From the NCBI GenBank assembly GCA_964016885.1, contig OZ024743.1:128836001-128900000 (forward strand): a stretch of 64,000 nucleotides of DNA. Reading direction: 5' to 3'. Shown here piece by piece: positions 61,071 to 64,000 of the stretch. Each line of letters begins with the position of its first letter. Positions within the stretch are counted from its first letter, which is position 1. Below the pieces are notes generated by a model. It made no database searches and had not been told where the DNA came from. It worked only from the letters and a program-made list of their open reading frames with translations. Source of the stretch: Eledone cirrhosa. Its lineage: Eukaryota. Both the position numbers and the translations under genes were made by a program.

Positions 61071-64000
61071 ACCAAACACCAAACACCAAGCACCAAACAC
61101 CAAGAACCAAGCACCAAGCACCAAGTACAAACACCAAGCACCAAGCACCAAACACCAAGCACCAAGCACCAAGCATCAAACACCAAGCACCAAATACCAA
61201 GCACCAAGCACCAAGCATCAAACACCAAGCATATAACACCAAACACCAAACACCAACCACCAAACACCAAACACCAAGCACCAAGCACCAAACACCTAAC
61301 ACCAAGCACCAAACACCAAGCACCAAACACCAAGCACCAAGCACCAAGCAATAAACACCAAGCACCAAACACCAAGCACCAAACACCAAGCACCAAGCAC
61401 CAAACACCAAGCACCAAGCACCAAACACCAAGAACCAAGCACCAAGCACCAAGTACAAACACCAAGCACCAAGCACCAAACACCAAGCACCTAGCACCAA
61501 ACACCAAACACCAAGCACCAATCACCAAGCACCAAACACCAAGCAGCCAGCAGCAAGCACCAAACACCAAGCACCAAGCACCAAAAAACAGACACCAAGC
61601 ACCAAGCACCAAACACCTAACACCAAGCACCAAGTACCAAGCACCAAACACCAAGCACCAAACACCAAACACCAAGCAACAAACACCAAACACCAAGCAC
61701 CAAGCACCAAACACCTAACACCAAGCACCAACCACCAAACACCAAGCACCAAGCACCAAGCACCAAGCACCAAACACCAAGCACCAAACACCAAGCACCA
61801 AACACCAAGCACCAAGCTCCAAACACCAAGCACCAAGCACCAAACACCAAGCACCAAGCACCAAGCATCAAACACCAAGCACCAAACACCAAACACCAAG
61901 CACCAAGCACCAAGCATCAAACACCAAGCATATAACACCAAACACCAAGCACCAAGCACCCAGCACCAAACACCAAGCACCAAGCACCAAGCAAAAAGCA
62001 CCAAACACCAAGCACCAAACACCAAACACCAAGCACCAAACACCAAACACCAAGCACCAAGCACCAAACACGTAACACCAAGCACCAAACACCAAGCACC
62101 AAACACCAACCACCAAACACCAAGCACCAAGCACCAAGCACCAAGCACCAAACACCAAGCACCAAACACCAAGCACCAAACACCTAACACCAAGCACCAA
62201 GCACCAAGTACCAAGCACCAAACACCAAGCACCAAACACCAAACACCAAGCACCAAACACCAAACACCAAGCACCAAGCACCAAACACCTAACACCAACC
62301 ACCAAACACCAACCACCAAACACCAAGCACCAAGGACCAAGCACCAAGCACCAAGCACCAAACACCAAGCACCAAACACCAAGCACCAAGCACCAAGCAC
62401 CAAGTACAAACACCAAGCACCAAGCACCAAACACCAAGCACCAAGCATCAAACACCAAACACCAAACACCAAGCACCAAGCACCAAGCATCAAACACCAA
62501 GCATATAACACCAAACACCAAGCACCAAGCACCAAACACCAAGAACCAAGCACCAAGCACCAAGTACAAACACCAATCACCAAGCACCAAACACCATGCA
62601 CCAAACACCAAGCACCAAGCACCAAGCACCAAGCATCAAACACCAAACACCAAGCACAAAGCATCAAACACCAAACACCAAGCACCAAACACCAAGCACA
62701 AATCACCATGCATCAAACACCAAGCAGCCAGCAGCAAGCACCAAACACCAAACACCAAACACCAAGCACCAAAAACCAAACACCAAGCACCAAGCACCAA
62801 ACACCAAGCACCAAGCACCAAACACCAAGCACCAAGCACCAAGCACCAAGCACCAATCACCAAACACCACGCACCAAGCATCAAACACCAAACACCAAGC
62901 ACCAAACACCAAGCAACAATCACCATGCATCAAACACCAAGCAGCCAGCAGCAAGCACCAAACACCAAACACCAAGCACCAAGCACCAAAAACCAAACAC
63001 CAAGCACCAAGCACCAAACACCAAGCACCAAGCACCAAACACCAAACACCAAGCACCAAGCACCAAACACCAAGCACCAAAGACCAAGCACCAAGCGCCA
63101 AACACCAAGCCCCCAGCACCAAACACCAAGCACCCAGCACCAAACACCAAGCACCAAACACCAACCACCCAGCACCAAGCACCAAACACCAAGCACCAAA
63201 CACAAACACCACGCACCAAACACCAAACACCAAGCACCAGACACCAAGCACCAAACACGAAACACCAAACACCAAGCACCAAACACCAAACACCAAACAC
63301 CAAGCACCAAACACCAAACACCAAGCACCAGACACCAAGCACCAAACACGAAACACCAAACACCAAGCACCAAGCACCAAACACCAAACACCAAACACCA
63401 AACACCAAACACCAAGCACCAAAAACCAAACACCAAGCACCAGACACCAAGCACCAAACACCAAACACCAAGCACCAAACACCAAACACCAAGCACCAAG
63501 CACCAAACACCAAACACCAAGCACCAAGCACCAAACACCAAGCACCAAAGACCAAACACCAAACAGCAAACACCAAACACCATACAGCAAACACTGAACA
63601 CCAAAAAGCAGACACCAAACAGCAAACACCAAACACCAAACACCAAACACCAAACAGCAAACACCAAACACCAAGCACCAAGCACCAAGCACCAAAAACC
63701 AAACACCAAACACAAAACACCAAGCACCAAGCACCAAACACCAAACTCCAAGCACCAAGCACCAAGCACCAAACACCAAACACCAAGCACCAAGCACCAA
63801 GCACCAGGCACCAAACATCAAGCACCAAGCACCAAACACCAAGCATCAAGCACCAAACACCAAACGCCAAACACCAAACACCAAGAACCAAGAACCAAAC
63901 ACCAATCACCAAGCACCAAGTACAAACACCAAGCACCAAGCACCAAGCACCAAACACCAAGCACCAAGCACCAAACACAAAACACCAAGCACCAAGCACC

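Larger units (their letters stand above)
1..64000. repeat. Heptamer satellite array (AARCACC)n / (GGTGYTT)n, running off both window edges
   Basis: Every line parses as AAGCACC or AAACACC units with scattered single-base variants (AAGTACC, AAGAACC, AATCACC, AAACAGC, AAGCATC, AAGCACT, TAGCACC, AAAGACC etc.). No unique-sequence insert and no strand switch seen. All translations are the same heptads: WCLV(L/F)G(A/V) on -, (T/A)P(S/N)TKHQ on +. Confidence 0.99.
35661..64000. repeat. Satellite domain B (variant set B), irregular 2.1-2.6 kb higher-order repeat
   Basis: Markers TAACACC (first at 35943), GCAGCCAGCAGC (about 19 copies from 38022 to 62941), AAGCATA-TAACACC, the 6-mer AAGTAC before AAACACC, ATACAGC, AAAAAGC and AAACTCC. 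I did not find these left of about 35.7 kb. Left edge approximate. Confidence 0.85.

Noticed and set aside
55850-63597. Plus-strand ORFs 55850..56488 and 62596..63597 with (T/A)P(S/N)TKHQ heptads, superficially mucin-like or Pol II CTD-like
   Set aside because: The heptad is the arithmetic result of a 7-bp unit. It does not match YSPTSPS, and the DNA period is 7 rather than 21 with no codon-position pattern.
48-63999. Hundreds of minus-strand ORFs encoding WCLVLGA/WCLVFGV repeats, up to 809 aa, resembling membrane proteins
   Set aside because: They overlap in all three frames with the same peptide, mostly begin at TTG/GTG codons supplied by the repeat itself, contain no non-repeat domain, and end at random variant-created stops.
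1-64000. CRISPR array
   Set aside because: There is no constant 23-50 bp repeat alternating with unique spacers, and no leader or cas genes.
1-64000. Canonical telomere tract freshly made by telomerase, or direct product of a repeat-synthesising reverse transcriptase
   Set aside because: The unit is not TTAGGG, TTTAGGG or TTAGG type and lacks GGG. Rare variants and the A/G order are copied in kb-scale blocks, which unit-by-unit synthesis would not produce.
1-64000. Pure sequencing artefact or simulated low-complexity sequence
   Set aside because: Nested duplications with private variants, position-ordered subfamilies and consistent 6-mer bookkeeping indicate descent with modification. Individual copy numbers could still be misassembled.

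Overview
The whole 64 kb window is one uninterrupted, single-orientation tandem array of a 7-bp unit, AARCACC on the + strand (AAGCACC and AAACACC intermixed; GGTGYTT on the - strand), about 9,100 units by length/7. I see no credible gene, RNA gene, mobile element or CRISPR array. The ORFs in the track are by-products of the repeat: the consensus has no T on + and no A on -, so it contains no stop codon in any frame. The informative signal is in the rare variant units, which I used as hand-read markers. They show (i) two domains with different variant sets meeting at about 35.5-35.95 kb, (ii) nested duplications from about 100 bp to about 6.6 kb, with a recurring 2.1-3.2 kb period in both domains, (iii) subfamilies within the left domain, whose two ends share markers missing from its middle, and (iv) inherited 6-bp units that account exactly for the non-multiple-of-7 offsets I checked. 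This looks like a satellite (centromeric, subtelomeric or recombination-maintained telomere-like), but organism and function cannot be determined from this window. Coordinates and counts were read by eye, and block edges are approximate.
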